Below, one piece after another: positions 12,156 to 24,010 of a stretch of 64,000 nucleotides of DNA (position 1 is the first letter of the stretch; the number at the start of each line of letters is the position of its first letter). The stretch is from contig NC_087437.1 of assembly GCF_036321535.1 (NCBI RefSeq), positions 73,100,001-73,164,000 of the forward strand, given 5' to 3'. The notes beneath the pieces are model-generated. The model worked only from the letters and a program-made list of their open reading frames with translations, did not search any database and was not told where the DNA came from. Position numbers and translations under genes: made by a program. This stretch comes from Camelus dromedarius (lineage: Eukaryota).

Positions 12156-12216
12156 CCCTGACAAAATGTATCTGGATGATGGAATAGACAGCACAGTATG
12201 TCCATTTTCTCTCCAT
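12156..12216 (-). CDS. CD96: CD96 coding exon 1, signal peptide MERKWTYCAVYSIIQIHFVR(G)
   Basis: Reverse complement reads GAAG-ATG-GAG-AGA-AAA-TGG...GTC-AGG-G|gtaagg. Strong Kozak context (A at -3, G at +4), in-frame upstream TAA, 61 nt with a phase-1 donor. Closely matches the recalled human CD96 leader MEKKWKYCAVYYIIQIHFVKG. Confidence 0.96.
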
Positions 12217-12450
12217 CTTCTCCTGAAGGCTTTACACCAGCATTTCCACACTGATCACCCAAGTCAACCGATGCCTTTAACTAAGCAAACTCCAGTCGCC
12301 CTATTTGTGCTGCAAAACCCCAAACCTACCACACGCTCGCCATCTGTTTATCACTTGGCGAGACCCCAGGAAATGAAACGTAGACAGGAAAGTAATGTGG
12401 TTCAGAGCTAAGTATAACCTTCAAGAGAACAATGTTGAAATTGTCCTCTG
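12217..12450 (-). promoter_or_regulatory. CD96 5'UTR and proximal promoter (no CpG island; RUNX, ETS and ETS-IRF motifs)
   Basis: Immediately upstream of the ATG. ACCACA 12328-12333, CATCTG 12341-12346, GGAAATGAAAC 12369-12379, CAGGAAAGT 12385-12393, TGTGGTT 12396-12402. Confidence 0.65.
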
Positions 12451-14508
12451 AAATCCTGTGTATCACCTTCACTAAAAGGATTTTCAGTATCCAAAGATTT
12501 TCCCTCCTTCAGGATCTGTGTCAGTCAAGCTGCTTCTAAAATCCAAACAAAGGAAATCATGCAGAGCAGTTCATAATGTGCTTTTTATACATTTCTTTTC
12601 AGGAGCACAAAGTCATTTAGCAAATGTGAGCTTAGTGTCTTGCATAATAGTTTTTCTGTTCAGTTTTAAAGTATGTTTTCTTTCCAGAATTGCTTCAGGG
12701 TGAAAGAACAAAGAATTAACACATTTAATTTTAATAAAATCTGAAAAGTAACAGAGGAGAGCTCCAGCTAAGAAACAGAATTTTAATGTCTCCCTTCTTG
12801 CAGGGAAACCCACATTCCCTGGAGGCGGAGAAGTGACAGCTCCTTTTCCACCCCTTGTCTGGGACAGGCTGGAGGTCAGGTGGGGAAGCCTCCCACACTG
12901 CTGGCTGGAGATCTGTTTTGCTGATGACAGAAAAGCTTGTCTGTGCCTCAGCGAAAAACATACAGAACAAGACAGAAGCAATCAGAATCCAAAGGCAGAG
13001 AATCTCCCACCTTGGCTGGCTACCAGGCCTGTTCCATCCACCCAGTGACTTCCATTTACAGAGGACTGAGACTGGATTTCAGGGAAGTGACTCCTTGGTA
13101 AAACTGTCTGGTTAGTTACAGAAGGACATGAGGACTGTTCCCTGCCAGATGCAACTGTACTGGTTGGTATCTTGGGATAAAGCAGGCTGTCCTTACCTTC
13201 CAACACTGAGAAAACAGACGTTAGCCTGGAACAACAGCATAAGCTTAATGAGCAAAGAATAAAAACCAGTAAATATATACAATCTCATGAACGATTGATG
13301 AAATCTTCTGCGACCCTAATCTCACTACTACAATATAGGCACCACCCAGCAAGCCTACAGACAAAAGAGAAGGCTGAGTTGTGTTCCTGAGATGGTTGCT
13401 CTTTTGAGGTCGGGGGGGATAATTCTGACCAGGTTGTCACCGTGTATCATGACATCATGTATCACGTGTCACGCCATCACATAGGTACTGATCCATCCTA
13501 TGCAAGGACTTGGGGGGATATGGATGATGCTAAGACATAAGGCATCACTCTTGATATTCAGGAGATTAGAAGTTAGTTGGGAGAAGAGATTACGGTGAAA
13601 CAGGATGTGCAGGCTGCCCTCTACACCACCATTACAAGTATTTGCCATGACGACTGTCATACTTACTCATTGCTACTCAGCTAATGATGTTTCCTGCAAA
13701 GGCCAGAAATTGGAATTATTATTTCCTATCCCAGGGCTCCCCAACTTTCATTCTCACCACCACCCCTACCTCCCCACTAAGTTTCAGGTCACTGAAGGTA
13801 TTGGGTCAGGTGGGGCTGACAGAGGTATATTCAGGGAGGACCAGGGAGCTCAAATTCATTGATTGAAAGGCAGGAGGAAATACTGCTGCCCTTGATGGCT
13901 TCATCTTCCCCTTTCCTAGAAATTCCCGTAAATCACAGTGATGGAGTATAGTGGCAAAAACAGGCCAGATGGTAGAATCCTGATCTATAAGTCGATGTCC
14001 CTATTAAAACTGGGACACATTACAAGCCTGGGGAGGGAATTTCACTCCACTTGTCATATTAAGAGGAATCTACCTAAGTGGAAACTACTAAGACTCCAAC
14101 TATTGAATTCTCTAAGAACAATATCCTCCCCCTTGGAGTATCTAAAGGTCTATCTCTTATTGCTTTAAAGTGAAGCAACTCATCAAAAAAAGGCCCCCAG
14201 ATTCAGAAAAAGGGAAATCCTCATTTACTTTCCAGAGCTACAGATTCACTTTCAATGGATTACTTGCCTCTCATTGGGGTTGGGATGCCCAGGACCCCCA
14301 TTTAGTGGCTACTGGGCAAAGCTCCCCCATTGGGTGATTTTTTAATTTTATACTCCTGTGGCCTGGAGTCATCAGATTTGACTGCTTTTCCTTTGAGACT
14401 CCCCTAGGCTCTAAGAGAGGAAAAATTCAGATGCCCACAGAATATTAATTGTAAGCACCTGGCGTCCTGCAGCTGCGAGGCCCGCACCAGCCCCTCTGTG
14501 GCTGTCTG

Positions 14509-14527
14509 CGTGCAGCAGGTGGCAGCA
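14509..14527 (+). promoter_or_regulatory. Candidate CTCF site
   Basis: CGTGCAGCAGGTGGCAGCA is close to the CTCF core CCASYAGRKGGCR and lies in a local GC/CpG-rich patch (14450-14580). Confidence 0.5.
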
Positions 14528-15159
14528 ACACCCTGCACACCAGCACCGCCAGCCCAGGTGATGGGACTGCCCTCACTGCTTTTCAATCCCGGCAGTATTT
14601 TCTAAAGGCCCTTTCAGCATAAGGATAGGCATTCTCTGTACTTAAAAATAACTCTTCTATGGAAGTCATGTCAATCTCTTTCTATTATCCTCCCTGCTCA
14701 CCAAAACCCAACTGCACAGCGTTTCTTCTGCCTTAGATGATAGTCTACTGCATATAAAGAGAAAACAGAAGCAGCCAGTTTCACATACAAAAAGAAATCC
14801 TGAACTTCTTGAACTTCAGAGGAAAACTCAGTTATTTACAAAGAGAAGTGGGGGCACACATTATTTCAGCTAGAAGCAAGCCAGAATTGTGTGTCTGGGG
14901 CATACTTTTTAAATGCTCCATCTAAACACTTACCCTCAATGAGAAAAGCACATTTTCAGAAATGGGAAGTTGAGCAAAAGGTAATCTTACTTTTGGGGTT
15001 TTCACAGAGGTTAACTAAAAATATTACTGATTTGTCTTGGATTTTATCCTTTAACTACTTATATAAAAAATAAGAATGTGGAGTGTTATACTTTTACACG
15101 TTTCTTTCCCAAAATGCTTAGAAAACATGATGCTTAATTAAAAACAACAACAACAACAA

Positions 15160-15900
15160 CATGTATTTAGTGCCAACTTTTAAGGTATTACTGAAGAGAC
15201 ATAGTTCTAGGTGATTTTAAAATACAAATGATAAAACACAGCCCTTGGCCATAAGGCACTTACTATTTTGCCGGGAAGAAAACGTCCATGTGTGCCAAGA
15301 GTCAAATAACATAAAGTACAGAAGGGAATGGGTGGGCAGCATGGGTCCTTAGAAAAGGGGGGAATCTGCCAGGGGTCCCATGGGCTAGGAACATCTCAAG
15401 TGTGGAATCTTAACCTGGCTTTATATTGTGGAAGTGAGTCTGGTGGAAGTCATGAGGTAAGTCATTCCAGGCAGAGGAAATAGTCAGAGCCAACACTCAG
15501 GAGTGTTGAAGTTCAAGGCCAATTCAGTGAGTCAGCAGGGGCTTTACTGGGGGAGCTTGAGGCAAAGTCATGCTAGGGGTGAGCTTAAATTCTGGGGGGC
15601 TTTGAATTCTGGACTACAGATTTTTTTTCTTCATGTTAGATTTTACAGGATTTTCAACAAAGGAGTAGCATATCTAAAAGTAACATTTTAGAAGACTGAA
15701 TTAGGTGGACATGTGTAGATTAAATAAAAGAAGGAAGAAAAAAAGAGGCAAGAGATCTGTTAGGAATTTAGTATTTCTTTAAGCACCTGAGGATGACAGC
15801 TTTCCTATTGGCAGTGGTTATGGTAAAGTGTGATGGGGGCATGGACATTACAAAGAAAGAGGGGGTAAGGCTTGATGTCCATGGAATCAAAATCTCTGAA
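15160..15900 (-). mobile_element. L2 LINE fragment
   Basis: Antisense L2 motifs 'cattccaggcagaggaaatagtcagagccaacactcagg' and 'ggattttcaacaaaggagtagcatatc...cattttagaagac'. Confidence 0.6.
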
Positions 15901-16209
15901 TTTTCATGCATCAGAATTAGGAGGGAAGAAAAACTGTGATAGAGCTGGATTCCTGCTGGAAGAGCTACCCTACCCCAGGAGCAATGGTCAAGGGCTCACT
16001 GGACTTTGAAGGGGAAGAGAGGGATGACCTGCTAGGTACAGCACTGCCTCCAAGAGAATCAAGTTCCTCCTTTTGGCTTTCACACAAATTTATCAGTTTT
16101 AAGAATTACTATCTAATGGAAGAGAAGGTATTACATGAAACTTTATGTACTGCAATCCTTTATCACCATCATTTCCACCATGCTCAATTCCATCCATTAA
16201 AGACTGAGT

Positions 16210-16540
16210 TTCATGTAATACATTTTTCTAATGACAACATCAATATCTGGTCATTACAAGAAAACACTTTAAAAGGATAACAAAGAAAATAAAAATCAGC
16301 TGGAATCTTAACTACTCAAAGACAACCAAAGTACTTACATTTTGTCTTGTATCTTTTGAGACATTTACACAAATATGTATAGAAGAAAAACCGGATTTTT
16401 ATTATTTTTTCTGCATGCACTCTACCCTCTGCTTTTTTTCACTTCATAATATATTGAAGACATATATACATATTATAAAACAAAGGTAAACTTCTTTCTT
16501 TTAAAACAGTTATATAATTCACAATTCTACAGATGTACAG
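16210..16540 (-). mobile_element. Old L1ME-type 3' fragment
   Basis: 'aaagaaaataaaaatcagctggaatcttaactactcaaagacaacca...acattttg'. Confidence 0.5.
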
Positions 16541-17779
16541 AAAAAAAATATTTTTAAGTAAGATAGGTATCAAATTTCTAACTTATGTTTTACTTTGAGA
16601 AATAGAATGATGAAATTCAATTGAATAATTATAGCAAGCAATCTTTGAATATCTATTTTCAGTGGCAAGTTGAAATAAGGATAGACAGAGTGGGGCGGAG
16701 GGGGACGTTATTCTGATTTTGCCAAAGCCCTGGGAAGCTGATGACTCAATAATCACTCAATAATGTTGACTTTTGCAGAAATACATTTTAAAAGTGATTA
16801 ACATTTCTAGGGTTAAGTTAGCATAGCCAGAATTAGAATATTTTAAATTTTACATTCTACCTGGTTTCAAAGCATTGAAATTTATTTAAAACGTCTCTTC
16901 ACATTCAATGGAGAAATAGAAAAAAACACCTTGAGAAACTGAGAGTGTTGCAGTTGATTTTAGAGCTTAAAAAAAAAAAAGACAGTATGGAGCAAAATGA
17001 CACACCTTGATCCTTTTGTAGACTGCTACAAATATATCCTTAACCACATTGTGTTTTTACAACTACAGATTCACATGGAGATACTGTGCTGCTACACTGG
17101 GAGAAAACAACAGGCTAGGTTAAAGCCAACCAAGGACTGAGTCTAACCTCAGTCACTAATCCCCCTCTTCTTTTTTCCCCAATAATTTGTCTTTAATAGA
17201 GTTCTGAGTCCAAGAGTAAGAGCAAGTGAGAAAGGGAAAGAGAGAGAGAGAGACCACGTTGGTTTTCTTTTTTCTTTTCTTCTTCTTCTTTTTTTTTTTT
17301 TTTTTTTTGTGATGATGTAGCTCAGTACAACCTCAATTAAGTAATGTTATCAGGAAATAGGAAATTGTGATTAATAGCATTTCCGGGGTAATTGAGAGAT
17401 AAACCAAATTATTTTCTTAGAAGAGGAAGGACTGTAATGGAGAGGGGAAATGGTAGGGTACAAAAATAGTCCTCCTTGCTGAACATCTTTTTAAAATGTA
17501 TGGCTTCACATTTCTGGCTCAATGAAAACCTTGTAATGAACAATATTTCATTTTATTTGGTGATTGAAGATCTTACAGAGACAACGAACACTGTTCTGAA
17601 TCTCAGATCCCAAAGTGGAACATAAAAATATAGAGGATAGTTGTGAATAAAAACACACTCCCCTCTTCCAGAAAAGAAGTCTAACTTTCTAAAGATTTGC
17701 TTCTTTTGTGAAAGAGTCAAAAACAGGCATAAGCTGCTTGAACACAACGATTGTGTAATTTCTACCAAGATTTATAGAA

Positions 17780-17900
17780 CGTTGGAGCGAGAAGTAACTG
17801 TACCATCATCTGACAGAAAACAGAACCCTTCATCTTACAGATGAAAAAATGAGGACCAAGAGGTAAAACCGTCTTGCCTCAGGTCAAAGATTTTCTTATA
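17780..17900 (-). mobile_element. MIR fragment
   Basis: 'catcttacagatgaaaaaatgaggaccaagaggtaaa..cttgcctcaggtca'. Confidence 0.65.
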
Positions 17901-18145
17901 AAGAATCCTGTACTGTTTGTTATACTGGGTCTTATTTCAACACTATTAAACTGTTCAGCTTAACGTATTCAACAGCTGAAACCAACCATTCTTCAAATTA
18001 AAATGAAAATTGCCTTCAACATCTTGACAAGGAGGCAAGAATCTAGAAAACACAGGTTTTATTTTTCCCCCAAGACATTTTTCTCTACTAACCTGCACCT
18101 GTACATCACAGGAAACAATAGTGATATATACATGTATACATGTAG

Positions 18146-18146
<1 letters not shown>

Positions 18147-18184
<38 letters not shown>
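18147..18184 (+). repeat. (CA)19 microsatellite
   Basis: Perfect dinucleotide run, about 6 kb upstream of the CD96 ATG. Confidence 0.97.
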
Positions 18185-18188
<4 letters not shown>

Positions 18189-19664
18189 AACACATACATA
18201 TATATTATACTTGTTAGAAAAGCTTCTGTTTCTATATTTTTCTTACTTGTTTTTCAAGTTAATTTTCCGGAGGAATTCTGACTACTTCTCTGGGTGAAAC
18301 CAGGCATGCTTTTTTTAAATGGAAGTTATTGAATTAACCTCACCCTGGTGTTACATAACTCAGCATCAGTTTTATCCTATTTTCATTGTTCTTTAGCCAT
18401 TTGTTCTGTATTTTTCCCTCAGGTTTTGCTCAGGGAAGACACTATGGGTCTCCTATTTACATCTCCAAGCAATTCTCCCTTTTCAGCCTTCCCTCTGTCC
18501 CCATACACACAACTGGTGCAGGCGGGGCACCTGACTGGGAAGGCACAGGCTGGGAGAACGGGATGACCACGCAAACAAGTTATCGTGGAAGACACCGGGA
18601 GTGGAGAGTGCTCTGAAGCAAGACGAAGAGCCTCAAAGCTTTTTTTCCCCCCTAAACGAGATCATGTTCAAGAATGTTAGGAAAGCTTTTCCCCCTCCTA
18701 AAGCAGAATCATGCCTCATTGCTTCTAAGAAAGGTAGAATCTACTTGGAATTTGGAGCATTTGTGTCAATTTCACACTCTAACCACAGTAATAGAATCAA
18801 AAAACCTCAAAAGAATCACCCCCTTATATGATAAATGAGGACTCTGGTGCCCAGGGGAGGGGAATGATGAAGTGGAAGTCACAGAGTTATCTATACCATA
18901 AATATTGAGCTCAAGGGTTTGGCTTTACCTAGGGCTACGTTTTTCCCACAGAAACAAAGATTAAAAATATCATGAGTGTTGCTATGTATGTGGCCACGAG
19001 TAAAGGACAACAAAACCGAGTTGAAATGTGGGTGCCGGCTTGTCGACCAGACTCACTTCCTAGCAAAGCAAATTACCCCCACACACCAGCCTCACAGCAC
19101 ATGCAACTCAAATGTGTGCCTTTGTGACACAACTGCTCAGAGACCCCGAGAGGGACCCGTGAGAGGTGCAAACCTCAAATGTCAGTTCTGTAAATGTCCA
19201 AGCTCCTTTGTTCCTACATCTCTAGGACATATGCATGCTCAAGAGGAAGTCAGCACCTCACTGCAGCTCCCCCCACCCCAACCCCGCACTCCCTCCCTCA
19301 CCACAGTCCTGCCCCCTCTTTCCTTTCTGTCCCTCTCCGTGTTCACTAAACCCCAGGGTGTCTGCATTTACCATTTTCTCTTTTAATAATGCTCTTCCAC
19401 AGGCTTGTTACATGACTGGATTTTTTCATTCTGGGGTTGTTCAGATGTCCTTTCCTCCAGGAGGCCTTCTCCAACCCCATGGTTGTGCCCTCCTCCCTCA
19501 CCATGGGTCTCTGTCACATCAGCTGCTGTATTTCCTTTGTCATGTTTATCACTGTAAGTTAAGTTTCTTATTTTCTTGTTGGTATGTTGTCACTTTCCAT
19601 TAGAATGTAAGCTTTCTGAGGACAGGGGCTTTATGTATCAGTCTCCTCTATGCCTTGTCAAACA

Positions 19665-20125
19665 TCTTCTCAACTCGCCTTTGCCCTCCAGCTGCTGTGG
19701 ATTCAACCTGAAAGCTCCTCTCCCCAGCTGCCCTGAGTACCCCTTACTTCCTGACGTGGGCATCTCCAGGGCGGAGACACAGCGGCTCATTCACTCAGGC
19801 ACATACACAACTTGGGAAGTACCAGGGGTCAGTGCCCCATGGAGGGACACTTGACCAACGAGAAGCAGAAGCTGCTGCATAAGCCCTCCTGTCCTGACGT
19901 TTAGATGGTCGATTCTCAGATTCTCAAGTGCTCCTCAGAGGGCACCTATAGGGACACAGATTGTCTACGGAGTGAGCTGCTTAGTAATGCACCCCTGGGC
20001 TGGCTTTCCCTCCTTCCTTCCTTTATTCTTTTCAGTTTCCTGTTCCAGAGAATAACACCCCCAAGTAACTGGAAGAAGGCCCTTATCTCAGCTGTGCTCT
20101 TGGGAGGAAGGCACACAAAGGCTGT
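19665..20125 (+). mobile_element. ERVL solo LTR (LTR16-like)
   Basis: 'tgccccatggagggacacttgaccaacgagaagcag...gctcctcagaggg...aatgcacccctgggctggctttccctccttcc...cccttatctcagctgtgctcttgggagg'. Confidence 0.7.
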
Positions 20126-20869
20126 CTCCTTTCTCTCTGCTCTATCTCCAGCCCCCCTTCTCTGATAAAACTCTCTTGACTAAGAAACACCTTTTCCCAT
20201 CAATAGGAGCAATATTGCATACTCACCTCACAACATGCACAAAATCGAAATAAGTTGGTCAAACTGTCCTAAACATAAGATACATCCTTCTCTCTGATGA
20301 GCTTCTCAACAAATATTGGGCTCCAACTCCGTCAGGCACTAGAGTTGACCTACAGAGCAAAGACGAAGAACTTTTCCTCTCCCCTGCCGTCCTTTCAGTG
20401 TTATCGAGGGGTTGGGGGACCACTGTAAGGATGGCCAGCCCAAGGACTCCCACGGAATCTACCACCAGTTAGATGGACTTTTAGGTCCTCTGTGATGTGT
20501 ATAAGATAAAAGAAATTAGCAGCTTGTAAAAGAGCAGAAAACACCTTGACAAAGTGAATATAAATTTTAAGACATTTCATGGCTGACTTGATGAATGCTC
20601 AAACCACTGTAGAAAATACAGAAATCCTTGTCACATGAGCATGGAATTCAATAGCAGTACTTAAGATGAAATACGGGTGACAAACCAATGACAAGATTCT
20701 TTGATAGCCAGAGTTAAACGGTATAATGCTCTAACTATGGGGAAATGAACATGGCAAAGTCTAGCTCTCTTACATATAGGTATTATCATATTTTTAAAGT
20801 ATCAGAAAAGTCACGATGCAACTTCTGCTGTCACTCGTGGCTTAGCGTTCACTGAAGTAATTGCTCCCT

Positions 20870-21378
20870 GGGAGCTGTGTTACTCCAGAGCTGCTAAGCA
20901 GAAAACAGAAGGTGCACTCAAAGGTGACAACTGAGTAGATATTAACACAGAATTTATTTATAAATGTGTGGTGGGTATAAGGGAAACAACAAGCGATGGC
21001 ATAGTTCTCAGAACCAGCAACACTGAGGGGACATGTGAGAGGATCACCAGAGAGGGTGACTGTTGAGAGAGGACCTCCTGATGGGAAATGTGTGTCCATT
21101 AGTGTGGCCAAGCCATGTCAACCCCTCAGGTGGGGACATGAGGATTTAAACATCTCGACCTCATTTTTTTCCCTACCTCTATCTTTTCAAGTAATTTTAA
21201 CAAACATGTAATTTCTATTTTGTCAAACAGAAGAAGGAGAATGGCGTCGAGATGTTTATGTGCACCTTGGGCTGAACCAGAGGTTAAGGGAGCTCATTTA
21301 CATAGTCCACACAGCGTCGCCTCCCAGGACGGTGAGTAGGATGGACCCAGAGGGACAGACAGGTAATACCCAGCACCC
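20870..21378 (-). mobile_element. ERVL solo LTR (LTR33-like)
   Basis: 'gaaaacagaaggtgcactcaaa...tgtgtggtgggtataagggaaacaacaag' and 'aagggagctcatttacatagtccacacagcgtcgcctcccagg...taatacccagcac'. Confidence 0.65.
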
Positions 21379-22341
21379 CAGCTGTATGGCCCTCAGTTAC
21401 TGTAGCAGCAGAGGGCTGGAGGCTTTCTTTGCTGATCCACCTGAACCAGGACAGGGGTCGTGCTGAGTGACCAGCCTACTGGTGAGGAGGCACCTCAGAA
21501 ACCCCCAGTGAGAGAATGTTCAGCAGGGTGACGGATGAGAACCAGCTGAGCATCATTTTCTTCCTTTAGTCTTGTGCAATGAGGTGTTATGTCCTGTCAT
21601 GGGAAAGAGCTCCCCCTACTGGCAATAGAGGGGAGGATCCCAGATTTCATGGAAGAAAACCGTTGAAATCAGGAGACTGTGTGTCCTTATGTTCCATACA
21701 GAGTGACTAAGACATTCTTTTGAGACTCTCACCATGGTAGAGTAGCATTTAGTTCTTGCCTTTAAAGAGGCAAAGGAACAGCACCTTTCAGCTCCATCAG
21801 TTTGTCACTTCCTTGTATGTCAAAAGCATTCCTGTGGAGACCAAGTATAATCATTTTAAAGACTTCTTTTTTTCATTAGGTCTCAGCAGCCTAGGTAGGA
21901 CCACATTTCCCTGACAGGTAAAGAGGGGACAGAGCACAGGCATCAACTTGAAATCCTTATTTGGGGAAACCCTTGGATTTTTCCAACAAATTCTTTACCT
22001 TTATAATGTAGGAAAGAAGCCTAACATGGAGCATGAAATATCATAGGCCAGGAAAATACTCCCGTGACCTATTAGGAGTGGAGATAGATACTTGAGAATT
22101 AGCAAACCAGAAACCGATTGGTTTTAAAGCGGGTAGCAGGACCCACTTAGCCACAAACCATGAGCTAAGACTCCTCTTTCACGAGTCTCTATCAAGACAT
22201 TCTATACCACCATCTGAGGGGGAACGGTGAGGGTCCAGGCAGTCCTGGATCCTCACACGTTGTCATGGTTTACACTAAATCCACTGGATAGAGATATTGG
22301 AGATACAATTTCTTATGTAGAGATTGAATGGTACAACATGT

Positions 22342-22781
22342 TGCATTAGTTTTCTAGGGCTACTGTAACAAATTACCAGAAACTTGGTGGCTTAAAAGAA
22401 CAGAAATTTATTCTATAACAATTCTGGAGACAAGAAGTTCAAAATCAAGGTGTCAGCTGGGCTGCCCTCCCTCCAAAGGCTCTAGGAAACAATCTGTTCA
22501 TTGGCTCCTGAGCTTCTGGGGTCTGTCAGCATCACTCCAATGTCATGCTTCAGCCTTCATCTGGCCTCCTCTTCGTCTCACTGTCATCTTCTCTTCTATT
22601 TCTAATAAGAAATTAGTCACTGAATTTAGGCCCACCCGGTTAATCCAGGATGATCGCATCTCGAGATCTTTAACTTAATTACATCTGCAAAGACTCTTTT
22701 TCAAATTAGGTCACATTTACAGGTACTGAGGATTAAGCCATGGCATGATTTGCTGGGAGGGGCACCATTCCAACCACTAAA
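22342..22781 (-). mobile_element. MaLR solo LTR (MLT1B/C-like)
   Basis: Begins 'tgcattagttttctagggctactgtaacaaattacca..cttggtggcttaaaa' and contains 'ttaacttaattacatctgcaaagactc'. Confidence 0.9.
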
Positions 22782-23029
22782 GACATCATGAAGCAAAATC
22801 ATCTCCATATTCTCTAGTCTTTTAAAATAATTTCTCTTACTCATACTCAATACCTGCTAATTGTTCATTTAGCCTTCTAATTTTTGAAAAATATTACTTC
22901 TACTTAGAAATTTTTTCATTCTTTTCATCTTTGTTTAAAGTCTTACCACCTCATGTTTCTAACTACAGGGATTATCACACCTACACCTGTACACAGAAAG
23001 AGAAATATCTTTATCAATTTGGAGCAACT

Positions 23030-24010
23030 GAGGGTAGAATGTGGGCACTTGAGTTAGATCTGCTGCAGTTCTTTGCTCTGCCATTTCCCAACTGTGGCCT
23101 TAAACGAGATGCTTAACCTCTCTGTGCTGCTGTGTCTGTAAAATAGGGTGGGTGCAAAGAGGCATGAGATGTAAAGTGCCTGGTACCCAAGTAAGCCCGC
23201 AGCAAAATTAGCTATTATTAATACAAAATGTGCAGCACTTTCTAAACTGTTTTTCTAATGATAACAATAACTTTTGGCCAAAATGTTAGTTTGCACTTAC
23301 TGCCTAACTCTTTCCTTGATGAAAACAATCTGAATTTATTTTTCTCTACCTGTATCAACTGAAGATTCAAAAGATCTGATGAAAAGTGACTGGTGTTCTG
23401 GTTAGTGCCATCCATCATTAACTAAAGTTCCCAGCTATGTTTCGAATCTCTAGCAGACAATGATGTATGAACCAAAAGCTGGTCAAAGAATGATTTTCAG
23501 ACAAGGGTTGGAGCTCAGAGCATGAGCAATTTAGAAAATCACAAGGGAGGCCCTGGGGACATGAGGAAAGCACCAGACAGGGCTGCAATGTCATCTTTCC
23601 AAGTAGCGTTATGTCCAGGGCATGGTTAGGAACTGAGGGTTTAGAATGAAACAAACTTTTGTTTAACTTCTGGGATTCACTAGCTGTTAGTTAAATGACC
23701 TTGGTCAAGTAGATTAAGTTCTTGGAACTTCAGTTTTCTGACCACAAAGATGAAGACTATGACAATACCCATCCTCCAAGGTGGCTGTGAGAGTTCAGTG
23801 AGGTCGCATACGTGAAAGCGCTCGGTACAGAGTCTGGCCCATCGTGTAGCGATGCAGTAATATTAAACAAATAACACACAAGGGAGGGGAGTTAAGAGAA
23901 GGAAGACTGGTTTCTAGACAGAGCTCTTCTCCAACTCAGTGAGGCTGGACAGTAAGGTCATTTAACTTTACTGGGCTGGGGTTTCCCCATTAGTAAAATA
24001 GTAAATTGTT
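23030..24010 (+). mobile_element. Cluster of three MIR copies (about 23030-23220, 23620-23870, 23900-24010)
   Basis: Sense MIR cores 'cttaacctctctgtgc..tctgtaaaataggg', 'tgaccttggtcaagtagattaag..cttcagtttt', 'catttaactttactgggctggggtttccccattagtaaaat'. Confidence 0.75.

Larger units (their letters stand above)
1..12300 (-). other. CD96: CD96 gene, 5' portion (exon 1, 1.9-kb intron 1, exon 2, start of intron 2); continues beyond position 1
   Basis: Two phase-compatible exons. No exon-3-like (D2) peptide recognised in 1-9900. The TSS is not determinable from sequence. Confidence 0.9.
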
